Assembly (NCBI GenBank): GCA_965287045.1
Contig: OZ336895.1
Location: forward strand, 21,700,001-21,764,000
Origin: Carcharhinus amblyrhynchos
Taxonomy: Eukaryota
DNA length: 64,000 nt
Direction of reading: 5' to 3'
A program made the position numbers and the translations under genes. The notes under the pieces were generated by a model. The model saw only the letters and a list, made by a program, of their open reading frames with translations. It was not told the DNA's origin and made no database searches. Shown here piece by piece: positions 1 to 12,900 of the stretch (position 1 is its first letter; the number at the start of each line of letters is the position of its first letter).

Positions 1-310
1 CCCTACTTTTATATTCTACCCCCCTCGCTATAAAGACCAACATTCCATTCGCCGCCTTGATCACCTGCTGCACCTGCAGACTGGGTTTTTGCGACTCGTG
101 CGCAAGGACCCCCAGGTCCCTCTACACTGTGGCATGCTGCAGCTTTTCTCCTTTTAAATAATAATCCCTCCTACTATTATTCCTGCCAAAGTGGATAACC
201 TCACTTGCTAACATTATACTCCATCTGCCAGGTCCTCGCCCACTCACTCAGCCTATCCCGATCTCTCTCTGCAGACTTTCCACACCCTCCATGCAATTTG
301 CTTTTCCATT
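1..310 (-). mobile_element. CR1/HER1 LINE RT fragment
   Basis: Minus strand reads like RLSEWARTWQMEYNV...EVIHFGRNN, the CR1 RT C-terminal region. Confidence 0.85.
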
Positions 311-1899
311 CACTTTGTATAATGTATTCCCTTATGACCCAGGCAGGTTACATCAATGCTAAGTTTGCAAACCGTTGCCATTCTCCTGCCCACCCACTCT
401 TTGGTCTATTTTCTTTCCTATGGGAGAATCTCTCACTCTTGAACAAGCTTATTTGTAGATGCTGCTTTTCAAGGCATGCTCAGCTTCCAGAAATTCCTAT
501 ATGGTAAATTTTGATTGCTACTGGCTTTACCAGTGCTATCATGTATTTACTTTTCGATGCCTGATCTTGTCCAAAACCAAACTCCATCTTACACGCTGTT
601 CCCAGAGATTGTGTGAAGTTTGTAGCAGTTGTTACCTTGGTTACCTAGCTGCTTCTGTCAAATTTGACAAACGTTTCCCAGTGATCGTTTTCTCTCATGC
701 AGGAAATGTATTTTCCGATTGTGTGCGAGTTAAGTATGTATACATGTGCTGGAAACTTTCCAATTCATTTCAGTAATTATCTAGATTCAATTGTCTAAGT
801 TACACAACTTCAGGATTTTTTTCTCTCCTTTTGCAAATCCTGATGGCATTATTCAGAAGGTAATTTTAACATTTTGTCTCTGCGTGATTTTTTTTTTCTG
901 TTTTAATGTCTATCCTGACTAACTGGATGTATAAGTGGTTGAGTTTGGTACCAGATTGGTTCACTTGCTCTTTTGATTCCAAGCCACTTGGATTACGCTG
1001 GATATGGTTCATTCCTTTACTAAAGAAACCTTTCTCAGTTGCAGCACTCTACAGATTGTGAAAACTAACCAATTTCTTTTACTATCCACAGACTGGATTG
1101 TTCTCCCCATTTTTAACTTTCATATCTATATGGTTGCATTTAAAATAAAACTGCAATGTGACAGTAGATTTGCTTATCACAATACAGCTATCTTTTTGTC
1201 CAATCCTGTGTCCCCACAGCTTAAGGTGTGGCCTGATAAGAATGATCAATATGATAGTCACTTCATATGGCTCAGCTTAAAACCAATAGGAACTGAGACA
1301 TTTATAAATGACAAAGTACTTGATTCTTAATTTGTGCTGGATCAATTGGACGGTTTTACCTTTTGATTTGATAACCATGCACTGATTCAAAGTGTTAAAT
1401 GCTATATTTGGAGTTTGAAGTGAACTTGGGATTTCTTTAAATAGACCTTTTGAATTTTGTTCTTTCACAATTGTTGAACTCCTTTCATGATTTTCAATAT
1501 CCATTTAATTTTAATTTGTTTTTGCTATTATTGTAAACGAATCTGCCATCCTGAAGTGGATTTATTGTTGGCTCCTTGATGCCTTCAGAGTAACAAGGAT
1601 GAAAAATAAATGCTTTCTTCTACCATTTTGCATCGTGGAAACAACACTCTCTATATTGTCAAAAAAAAGACCCATCAGAGAAGTGTGGTTCATAACTGAT
1701 TCCCTGCTTTTAAATTGCTTTTTATAAACTCATTCTATTTTGTTCTCTTTTTTCTATTTTGTACTAGTTAGTCTGATCCAGGTTGATTCACAACCATGTG
1801 GCTGTGAACCAACTGCAGCAATCATTCCTCTGGCACAGAATATTCCCCAGATGTGGATAGGGGTATAGATGTTAGGTCAGGAATAAGTAGTGAGGTTTT

Positions 1900-3095
1900 A
1901 ACAAAAACAGAAAATTCTGGGAAAATCTCAGCATGTCTGACAGCATCTTAGAGAGAATAGAGCCAATGTTTTGAGTCTGGATGATCCTTCATCACAGCTA
2001 AGAGCAAAGAAAATAAGAAAGCATTTATACTGAGGGTGGGGGATTGCTGTAATAAGACAAAGGGAATGTACATGAGGATGAAGAAGGCTGAGAAAGGTGC
2101 TAAGCATCCATTAAGTATGCTTGGGGGCAGGGGGGGGGGGAGGTGTGTGGAGAGCAAGGAACACCACTAGAGCCTCACTAGAACATTGCAAAAGGCCACG
2201 GACATGTGGACAGGAGAGCAAGGTGATGTATTGAAGAAGTGGCAAGCGACAGGAAGGTCTGGGTCCTGCTTGCAGACAGAAGGTGTTCAGCAAAGCGGTC
2301 ACCAGTCTGCATTTGGTGTCTCTGTTGTAGAGTAGACTGCATTGGGAGCAGTGAATGCAATAGACCAGATTGAAGGAAATGTGTGTAGCTTGAAAGGGAT
2401 GTTTAGGTCCTGGGATGGTGAGCAGGGAAGAGGTAGCAAGGCAATTATTGCACCTTCTGAGATTGCACCTTCCCATACAATAGGCAGTGGGTGAGATGTT
2501 GGGTGTGATGGTGGAGTAGACCAGGGTGTCCTCGAGAGAGTGGTCCCTGCAGAATGCTGATATTGGAGGGGGGAGTAGTGAGGAGATGATGTGTTGAGTA
2601 GTGGCATCATGCTGAGGTTGGCAGAAATGATGGAAGAAGATTCTTTGAATATGGAGGTTGGTGGAGTGAAAAGTGAGGACAAGGGAGACCCTATCCTGGT
2701 TCTGGGAGGGGGTGGGTCAGATGTAGTCCAGAGTCCTGTCAACCACGGGTGGGAAAAACCAGGATTTGAGGAAGAAAGACATATCGGCAGTGCTATTTTG
2801 GAAAGTGGCATCATATGAACAGATGTGTGGAGGCAAAGGAACTGAGAATGGGATGAAGTCCTTGCAGGATGTGGGGTGTGAAGAGCTGTAGTTGAGCTAG
2901 TTATGGAGTGGCTTGTAATGGATACTGTTGGACAATTCATCACCAGAAATGGAGACAAAATCAAGGAAAGGAAGAGAACTGTGAGATGGACCATATGAAG
3001 TGATAGAGGGATGGCAATTGGAAGTAAAATTGATAAACGTTTCCAGATTCAGACGAGAGCATGAAGCAGCCCTGAAATAGTTGTCACTGTACTGA
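1900..3095 (-). mobile_element. Penelope-like retroelement remnant (RT end, GIY-YIG endonuclease, terminal repeat)
   Basis: Frameshifted NLVYCIHCSQCSLLY...GDRFAEHL (GIY-YIG) and SQFLCLH motifs; end ACAAAAACAGAAAATTCTGG recurs elsewhere in the window. Confidence 0.8.
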
Positions 3096-3802
3096 TTAAT
3101 GTACAGCTGGAGACTAGCAATATTTTATAGAAATAGGTAGTCTTGCTGATAGTTCAGGTTTGAAGTTTGATCTTTGTGATAAGCAAGAAATTTTGTCATT
3201 GGGTTCTACTTGTACAAACATTTGTCAAGGGGAATGGACTAAAGCATCATAGTGAAAATTGATGGAAATTGACTGCATCGTAACATTCAATGTAGAGCTG
3301 AAGAATGTTCTGACATAACCATTTGTCTAGCCCCAAATTATGAATAATAACATAATTTGGCAGTGTTTGATGTTTGCTTGATTTATGGATACTGTTGCTA
3401 AGGGGTTGGATGTAGATGTTTAGGAGGAAGCAAGAATGTATTTATTGGAAGATTAAAATGGAACTGTGATACAGTACATGTATCAATTATCCCTGATGAG
3501 ATGAAGAATCATGTAGTAAACCATTGCAGGAACTGTGGATGCTGTTGGTAATTTAAGCAAAATTATCTAGTTACGAAGGAAATGGAAATTCAAACAGAGT
3601 GGCTGGTGATAACTGGAGATTTTTCATTCTACAGCAATGTGGTGTGAGCACTGGGATTTCAACTAATTGTTTTAATCTTGGTGTTTGAAATGGGATTGGC
3701 CTTTATCCACAATGTGGTCAGTGTTTTCAGGAATTAATTAGGAAACTGTCCAGAAAGTCTCTCTGGGATCTCTTTCACCTTGTTACCTGTGTTGTTTCCA
3801 AG

Positions 3803-3940
3803 TCTGAGTTGATTGCTGAACTTTTCCATGATGAGGAAACTGCTTCTGCTGGGAGAGGTCAGATCTCCAATGTAACTTTGAAGTCTTTAAGAAAAACGTT
3901 ACCACCGACAAGTGAGCACAAGAAAACAGTGGGATATCAG
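3803..3940 (+). CDS. Myosin V exon (motor loop 2)
   Basis: ccaag|TCT...CAG|gtaatt; [12 protein letters not shown]...EHKKTVGYQ; 138 nt, phase 0/0. Confidence 0.93.
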
Positions 3941-6900
3941 GTAATTTAAAAAAGAACTATCATTTTCCCAACCACCATGGCTTGGATTTTCAAAGCAATA
4001 GTTACGAAGTAGAACAAAAATGATGAACCTTGTCTCAAAGAATGAACATTAACACTTGCCTTCCACCAGTAAGGAAAATAATTAGTTCCCAAAGATTTGT
4101 AAGTTGAATTTCCTCTGATTAGCTATACATAACCTCCATGTTAAAATTGAGCATTGCACACAATAATGATAGACATGGCCCTAGAAATTGCAATATACTG
4201 GTATGCAAATCTTATTGTTCAAATATTTTGTTAAACCTTTTTGTAAAAAGATGAAACTTTGCACATGTGGTGGTGTAGAGAAATATGTCAAAATGGGCAC
4301 AGAGGCTACTGCAGTTGCAGCAGCCAACATGGAGCACAAATAGACTGATCTTGCAATGGAACCCAATTTGTGCCATTTATGGGATTGTGTCCCATGATGT
4401 GTCTGATGCCAGATGCTAGTGATGTGATGCTGTCTATTGTGTGCAAGGTAGGCTCCTGGCATGAAGTGACACACATGGACTACTAGGATGACCACTGGGC
4501 CACTATGCCTAGTTGTTTTTCATCAGTAACTAATTATTGTCTATCTTGTGTGCTCCAGTGGGACAGGATAGGTCAAGAGGAGAACATGTTACTGAAGTGT
4601 ATAGAGATTTTTTTATGGTATGTGGGGAGGTTTGCACAATTGATGAACTTCATTCAGAAGAGATAAGAAACTTTTACAATAGATGAGTACACATTTATGT
4701 GGAGTGGCATTGCAATTGAATGCAGTGTTGCTGAATGTCGGATGCTGCATATAACAGGTGATTGATCCTACGTAATCAGTTCACATCATTGCCCAGAACA
4801 CTCAGAATAAAATTTTATTCTAGTGTCACAAGTAGCTTGCTTTAACACTGCAATGAAGTTAGTGCAAAAATCCTCTAGTTGTCACAGTATGGCACCTGTT
4901 TGGGTACTAAGGGAGAATTTAGCATGGCTAATGCACCTAACCAGTACATCTTTCGGCCTGTGGATGCTCCCAGAGGGGAAACAAGTAGACAGGTAGAATA
5001 TGCAGATTCCACACACTGACCCAAGCCAGGAATCAAACCCGGGTCTTGGAACTGAGGCAGCAGTGCTAACCACTGTTGTCGTGCCTCCCTATTTAACCAA
5101 AACCTGCTTTACAGGAAAAGTAAATAACTATTTAGAAGATGTAGGACAGTGGGTGTTTTATTTTTGATTTCTGTAACAGATGGGTCAGTTGAATGGTCCC
5201 TTTCTACAATGGAAACATTTGTGTTGATTTGGATCTTTTCCTTCCCAGTTCTCACACCCCTCCTTCCTCCAGCTCAGCTTCTTAGAGAGGCATAGGTGTG
5301 ATGAGTTGATGTCTGACCTTTTTTGGGTGGTGGGGGGGGGGGTGCGGTTTGTGCTTGCACACATGATTACATGTTCATGTTCTAGCACACAACATCACCT
5401 CATCTACTGAAAAATTAAAAATTAGTTCTTAAGAACCAGTTTTGTATCTGAGTTAATTGTCATCTACTTCAGATTAATTCCAAGGCATTTCAATGTGTTT
5501 TCAAACTATTAATAAGTAAATGGTGCCATTTTCTTGCAGTTTAGAGCTTCGCTCCATCTACTAATGGAAGCTTTGAATTCAACAACCCCTCACTATGTCC
5601 GTTGTCTGAAGCCAAATGATACGAAACAACCATTCTTGTGAGTCAATCTAATCCTGTTGTTTTCAATGTCAGTAAGCGTAGGTGCATTTAAGTGCCTCCT
5701 GAAATAGGTCTCCAGTGCTAGTCAAATGTAACCATTGCAGAGAAATTAATGGGAAAAATTTTCAACACTACTTTACCAAAAAGAAAACTGGAACAAATAA
5801 CAAATTAATGCTATCAAGTGCTGTCACTGCACACACATGTCAGCGTTTGAGGAAAATGTATAGAAATCCCATCTGGACTATTTCTTTCCTCCATGCTTTG
5901 AAATTAAAGGTGCCATATGAATGCAAAATGGCAGTAACAGTATTGAGAAATGTCTTACTGTTGCTATTCATGTTTTGAACATTTTGGACTTTTGATACAT
6001 AAGCTACAACATTGTGTTGCAGCATAATCATTATTGTACTTGATAGCAATTCTTTCTGAAGTATGTTTCAGCTTAAAGGCAACAATGATACGATGATCAG
6101 TGTATATTTGCAATTTCTAGTTGAGCATTGACTCAAAACTGGGATTATGCAGCTGCATTAAGTTCAATAATTTTGGGGCAGATACTGAAATGAAGATGTA
6201 CAAATGAGGGATCAGTTTCTAATAAAATTTATCATGTTGAGAGGACAAAAGATTGTGAAGCTGCTGGTTTTCTTCCACTGCAGTTACACGCCAATTGATT
6301 TGGCATACGATTATTAAACGTACTTCAGGTGGTGGAAAGGTTGACAGAGGATACAGATTTAAAGTGATTCTGCGAATCAGCTGGAGACGAGATGAAGCAG
6401 CAGTGTTTTGCACAGGAAGTTGTTGTAATCTAGAATGTGCCTGCCCAAAAGGGTGATGAAAATATTTAATAGTTATGCTCAGAAGAGAGTTGAGTAAATA
6501 TTTTCAAACTAGTCAAATGTAACCATTGCAGAGAAATAAAATGAGAAGAACGTGTAATGTTTTACCGAAAAGAAACTTGAGCAAATGACGAATTAATCCT
6601 CAAATGCTATCACTGCACAAAAATGCCAGTATTCAAGGGAAAATGCTCAGAAATCCAATTTGGATCGTTGCTTTCCTCCATGCTCTTAAATTTAAGGTGC
6701 TATGTAAATACAAAACGGCAGTGAAAACCTTGCTGGGTAAATGGGGAATAAGTAGGAGTGGGAATAATTGGTTATCCCCGCCAAAGAATTGGCAATGGCA
6801 TGATGAATTGAATGGCCTCTTCCTGTGCTGTATGTTTTTGTGATTTCCAATGTGACCATGCTACCCAGTTGCAATGTTGACAAGTGGCAGTAGAAATGAG

Positions 6901-9900
6901 CAGGCAACATTTGTTCAAAAAGGGCTAATGGATGACCAACTGCAAAATACTGAATAAAAGAAAGCTGTGAACTAGACCCTTTTGTTTTGAATTTTATCCT
7001 CCATTTGTAACGGTTACTGATGTCAAGGTTTCTGAATTTCTCCTGCAGGTTTAATCCAATTAGAATGGTGGAACAGTTAAGGGCCTGTGGTGTTCTTGAA
7101 ACAATCCGTCTCAGTGCAGCTGGTTATCCATCCAGGTTTGTATTCGCTGTAAATGGTTCAAAAGAGAACTTGGTGTTGGGTTTCTTTAATTCTTGTCGGA
7201 GAGTCTTAACCCTGTGCCCTGGATAGTGCTTTCACTAACTTAAATATCTGGCCAGATTAATAGGGTGCAGAGGGATTGAGCAAACTTCAGTGTTTCCAGC
7301 TTCTCCAGTCTTCAATCTCATCTTTATTGCTACTATAGTGCACCCACATTTGCTGGTTAAAATCAAGTTTACAAAACAAATGAGCATAGCAGTAATGTTA
7401 TATGCATCTTATAGTGCTTAACCTTGGTTGTTCCTCATCTGTGCCACTATCTGCTGTAAAGGGAAGTGATACTAATTTAATTTGCTGCATTTTAGGTGAG
7501 AACAGATACGTGGTTAAACATGGGAGTCTCGCCAAGATGTGTTCCTTTGCCACTGTGGAACATAGCATTTTATTCGCTAGATTTACCAGTGATGCATTTC
7601 TGCAGTAGGTACAAATTAAACTTGCTAGGAAAAGTCAGGGCTTGACAACTTCTGTCTTAATGTTAATTGTTTCCTGAAAAGGGTATTCAAGTATTAGCAA
7701 TCAACCCCTTTGGTACTGAAAATTAGCTAAGCAAGTGTGGATTCTCATTCCTTCAGCATTTAGTTTAATGTAAAAATGTAAGATTTAAATTAAACAGTTT
7801 TCTTTACCTTTGTAAACCCGATTTTGGTATTAAATCCACCCCGTCTAAACCGTAGATTGGTATTGCCTGGTATAGAGGGTATTGGCTATGAGGAGAGATT
7901 TGAATAAATTGGGATTCTTTCTCCCTGGAAAGATGGAGACTGAGGGGTGACCTGATGGAAGTTCATAAAATTGAGAAGTATAGATGGGGCAGTAGCGTAG
8001 TTAGAGGGAGAGCACCGCTCCCCCGAGCACATTCTTCAAAAGTGGTGCCTTTTCAATGTTTGCAGTGCTGGGAATGATATTTTTACACAAGAAGCCACCG
8101 TTGGAAACATCTCAACTGTGGATTGACAGTTGGGCAGAACAGGATTCCCGCTGCTGAATCCTTTCCCCTGCCTGGGTTCATTAAACTGATCAACAGTTGA
8201 GATATGTTATCCAATTGCTGCTCTGCATTGACGGAGTGACAGTTGCTTTATCCAAACCATAAACTCTATCCATCTGAAATGAGCAAGGACAATGACGGCA
8301 GCAATTCAGACCAGTTGTAGAGCAACACCTTGATATCTCCTGTAGCCAATTGCCTTGTGCTGCTGTAACACAGTCATCAATTGCAATGAATTTAAAATCA
8401 TTTGGTTATGGCGTCTTTGTGATCACTCCCCCAACTTTAGAACCTGGTTATGGCCCTGAGATGGGTTGAACAATTGGAAGCTTTTTCCCAGGGCAGAGAT
8501 GACAATGACAAGGAGGGATAAGCTCAAGATAAGAGGGGAAAGGTTGAGTGGAGATGTGGGGGGGGGATTTTTTTTTTACACGGAGGATTGGTGGGGACCT
8601 GGAATGCACTGCCAAGTAAGGTGGTTGAGGTATTTACCTTAGCCACATTTAAGACTTGATAGACATGTGAACAAATGGGGAATAGTAGGATATAAGAGCT
8701 TGATTAGATAGGTAAGCGTGATCAGCGCAGGCTTGGGGGGGTGGGGGGGCCAAAGAGCCTGTTCCTGTGCTGAATTGTTCTTGTTCTTTATATTTCCTGC
8801 ACTGTCATTGTGCTGTGAATTTGGTAATTCTTAAACCTGATTTAAGGGAAAACACTGTTGCTTTTCCTGTTTTGTGCAGGTCTCTGATGCCCTGGCTCTC
8901 TTGCTATGCCTTGCAGTTTGAGCAACTTGCCTTGCAAAGAGTTTTTAAATATGTGTAAATTTAATTATATGGTAGATGCTGTTATGTTTGGTTTGAGCAC
9001 ATTGAGGCCATAATTATTGTGTTAAATTATGAAAGCAATCTTTTTTTTGTCCAGCATGATTCCATGTGATCTTATTTCTGAAGGGTCCAAACAAACTTCA
9101 TGATTGTCTTCAAAAGAAGTGAGAAATCTGAGTCCTAAAATAAAACTTCCATTCAAATGTGTATTTGAGCAACCCCATTAGAGATTTGTATCAGCATGAA
9201 AAGGCTTGGTCCCTCTATGCACACTAGCCCAAGATGAATTTATCAAACTCTGTAACCAGTGTGTGAATTATACTGAGATGCAATTTGAGTGAAGATTAAT
9301 CTGAATTCCACAGGTGCAGTGATAAAATTGCTATAGTGCTAGATTCTAGATGCTAGAATGCATATGTTTTAACTCCAACCTGAACCCTGGCAGATGGATG
9401 TTCATTTTGAAGTTGGCAAATTGCTGCTGCCTCTCAGCACCAGAGACCCGAGTTTGATTCCCAGCTTAGGTCACTCTGTGCAGAGTCTTCACGTTCTCCC
9501 TGTGTCTGCATGGCTTTGATCTGGGTGCTCTGGTTTCCTCCCATGATCCAAAAGGCGTGCTGGTTAGTTGTGTTGGCCGTACTAAATTCTCTGTGTACCC
9601 GAACAGGTGCCAGAGTGTGGCAACTAGGGGATTTTCACTAACTTCATTGCAGTGTTAATGTAAGCTCCTTTGTGACATTAAAACTTTGAAAGATGCATTT
9701 AATTAATGCTCAGATACAGAAAGGTACAAAGCAAGTGTATAGCGGTTTTCTATTGGATTGGAGACACAGATGGCAATATAACCATGCATCAGGTGGAAGG
9801 CTGAGAATAGAACCTAATGATTACTGCAAAGAAAGTAGATTGTATCAATTTTCTTTTAACATTTAGGATGTCTGTACACTACCAAACCATTCAAATATAA

Positions 9901-12900
9901 TTTTATGATGAGGAAAAGTAATGATTACAATGGCAACATCAGGTTTGGATGTAGTGATTGTTCAATAAAATTCATCTGGTGGGATTGAATGACCTGTTTC
10001 TGTGCTGTAGCTTTCTATGATTCTGTAATGGATTGACTTTTGTTTGAAGATTTACTAACAATCAGTTTTGTACTTTAGGTGGACCTACATAGATTTCTTC
10101 AACCGCTACAGAGTTTTGATGAGAAAATGTGACATTCATGCAAACAAGGAACAGTCCTGTAAAAGCATGTTGGAAAATCTAATCAAGGTTTAAAAGATAC
10201 AATTCCACATCTTTCTGCTTAAAGTGCGAAGTTACAGTTGGGGCAGGGGCAAGTGTGGAATGGGGGGAGTATGTCCTTTTTGTATTGAAAAAGCTTGAGT
10301 TTCAATCAGAACAGTTATTTGTAAATGTTTTATTTCTGAAACTATAAATCAAGTTTCTCTGGCAAGTGAGCAAATCTCTTTTGGCATTATGTTCAGCTTT
10401 TGCTGCTTTTTCAGATACCTCTTGGCTTTAACAACATAGGAGCAATTATACTTGGAGCATTTAATGTTTTTATTGTTGTGGAAATCAATCAATCAAGATG
10501 TATTGAAATATTCAAAGAACATTTTCCATTTCTCATGTAGGTGGGAGGGATTTTAAAGGTTTTTAAAGTAGAAACCATTCTGACATGGTCACTTAGAACA
10601 TAAGAACATAGCAGAGAAATCTGCTTAATTTCTTTATTTTGACATTGACTGTGAGATAAATAGTTAATGTAAGTTAAAGCTGAAGATGTATGTTTCTAGA
10701 TTTTTGTTTTTCTTTGTGGTAATAGTAATCTGAGTTAAACTTGCAGGCCCAAGTCCCACTTCAAGACTTGGGCACTAAGATCAAGGCTGACAATCATGCA
10801 GTGTGAAGTGAATGCTGCGCTGTTGGAAGAGCCATCTTTTGGATGAGATATTAAACCAAAGCCCTGCCTACCTCTTATTTTGAACTGTGTGCACTTTGCG
10901 GGGTGGGAGTGGGGATGGTGTGGAGGTTGAGGTTCTTGGGGATATAAAGGGAAGTTGGGGGCGGGATGACAAGGTATCCCTAGTATCCAGGATAATACTT
11001 ATCCAGCAATCAACTTCCCAAACGGTTTATCATGTCATTATCAGATCGCTGTTTGTCAGAGCTTGAAGTGGGTAAATTGACCTCTCTGTGATCCTATATT
11101 AAACATCAACTATGTCTCAAAATTCTTCATTGAATGTTAAATACTTTGGAACATCCTGTGGTTGTGAACAGTGCCATATAAATGCTTTTGGAAACATCCT
11201 GTAGTTGTGAACAGTGCTATATAAATATAAGCAGACCATTCTAAAAAGTGTACAGTTGCCCTATTTTTTTCCCTTGTGATTACTGATTTCATTTGAGAAC
11301 ATTCAGTTTTGTGCTAAACGAAGTGTTTAAATCTGCCAGAAAGTCCCCCAAATCGAACTTGTCTGTTTTCATTTGTAATATATTTAGGAATCTCAGCACA
11401 AGCTTAGCAATTGTAGAATTTGAGATATTGCACTGTACCTCGTCTTTTTAATGCAAGATTATAAAAGATTTAGATTTTAGTTATTGCTGGTGTCAGGCAT
11501 TATGACGGGTCTTGTGATTTTTGGAATGCTTCTGTTACAGGAACGTAACTGCTGTTTTTTCAGGGATTCTTTGTTATTCACAGGATGAACACGGGTATAA
11601 ATTTGGAAAGACAAAGATCTTCTTTTCTGCAGGCCAAGTAGCCTATCTTGAAAAGCTCCGTGCAAACCAACTCCGAACTGCCTGCATAATGGTACAGAAG
11701 GTGATGAGAGGTTGGCTGCAAAGGAGAAAATATCAGCAGATACGCCAAGCCATTATTGTCATCCAGAAATATACTCGTAGACTCCTAGCAAAACAGTGAG
11801 TATAGCCGTATGTTAGAACATCCCATCAGCCAAGATCAAATGCATTTGTGCAGTGATTAAACCTATTTGCAGTTGCTGACTCAAAACTAACCACCTTTCC
11901 ACGAAAGATGTGACACTCAACTGGCATGCAATTTATTGTACAAGGGTCCCTTATTTATACATACCAAGTGTATCTACATGATTTAGAAGTAATTCTCCAT
12001 GTACCACCTTGCACATCCTTCAACTGACATAATGAGTTAGATCCTGCAGAATATTTCATCAATAAATGAAAGCTTCATTCATCCACTGGATATATACTTT
12101 TGCATTTACATATGGCACAATGTAAGTGTAATCTCAAGCCAAACCTTGTAAGCTAATTTGCTGTCAATCATTCACATTGTGCACCTAGACTTGGACTTTG
12201 AATGTGTGAAGAACATATAAATATAATTTTGTTTATCCTTGACTTTCTACCTGCCCACTCCCCACCCTTCCAACAGCATAAAATGCATCACATTTCTGGT
12301 GAATGTCACATGTTAATTGTTTCTGCCTCTTCAGATACTACCAGACCTGCTGAGGGTTTTCCAGCATTTTCTGTTTTTGTTTCATTTCCAACATCTTCAG
12401 CGTTTTGCTTTATTCTAATATTATTCTATTTGTGTTTTAGCCTAGTTGATCGTTTAAGACTGACGAGGGCTGCCATAATTATACAGAGTCAATACAGAAT
12501 GTTGACTGTAAGGCGGCTATATGTACTCATCCGTACAGCAGCGATTACTATTCAAGCTTATGCAAAAGGCATGGTCACAAGACGAATGTATTATAAGGCA
12601 AGAGTTTGCGGAATTTTTGTTTAAACATCTTTAACTGTTAATCAGTTTTGAAAATTATTTATTCTTATGTCTTAGGAACAGTTTATGCTTAAGTGGCTAA
12701 GTTGGTCACATTCTCATCTGAGTTGGATGATGAAGTCCCAATCTAGAGTCTTAAATACAGCCCAACATTTCAGTGCTGCGCTCTAGTAGGTGCTGTCTTT
12801 CAAATAAACTGGTAAATCTGAAGCACTGGCTAACCCACAGTTGAACGTAAAAAGGTCCACGGTGCTAGTTTAAGAATACAAGGTAACTTTTCTCAGGTAG

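Noticed and set aside
310-1750. Upstream myosin exon or an L1-ORF1-like remnant (DIENHERSS)
   Set aside because: No GFLEKN-type exon found; the ORF1 resemblance is too faint to call.
2299-2994. 231-aa minus-strand ORF as a gene
   Set aside because: Shifted-frame read-through of a decayed Penelope-like element.
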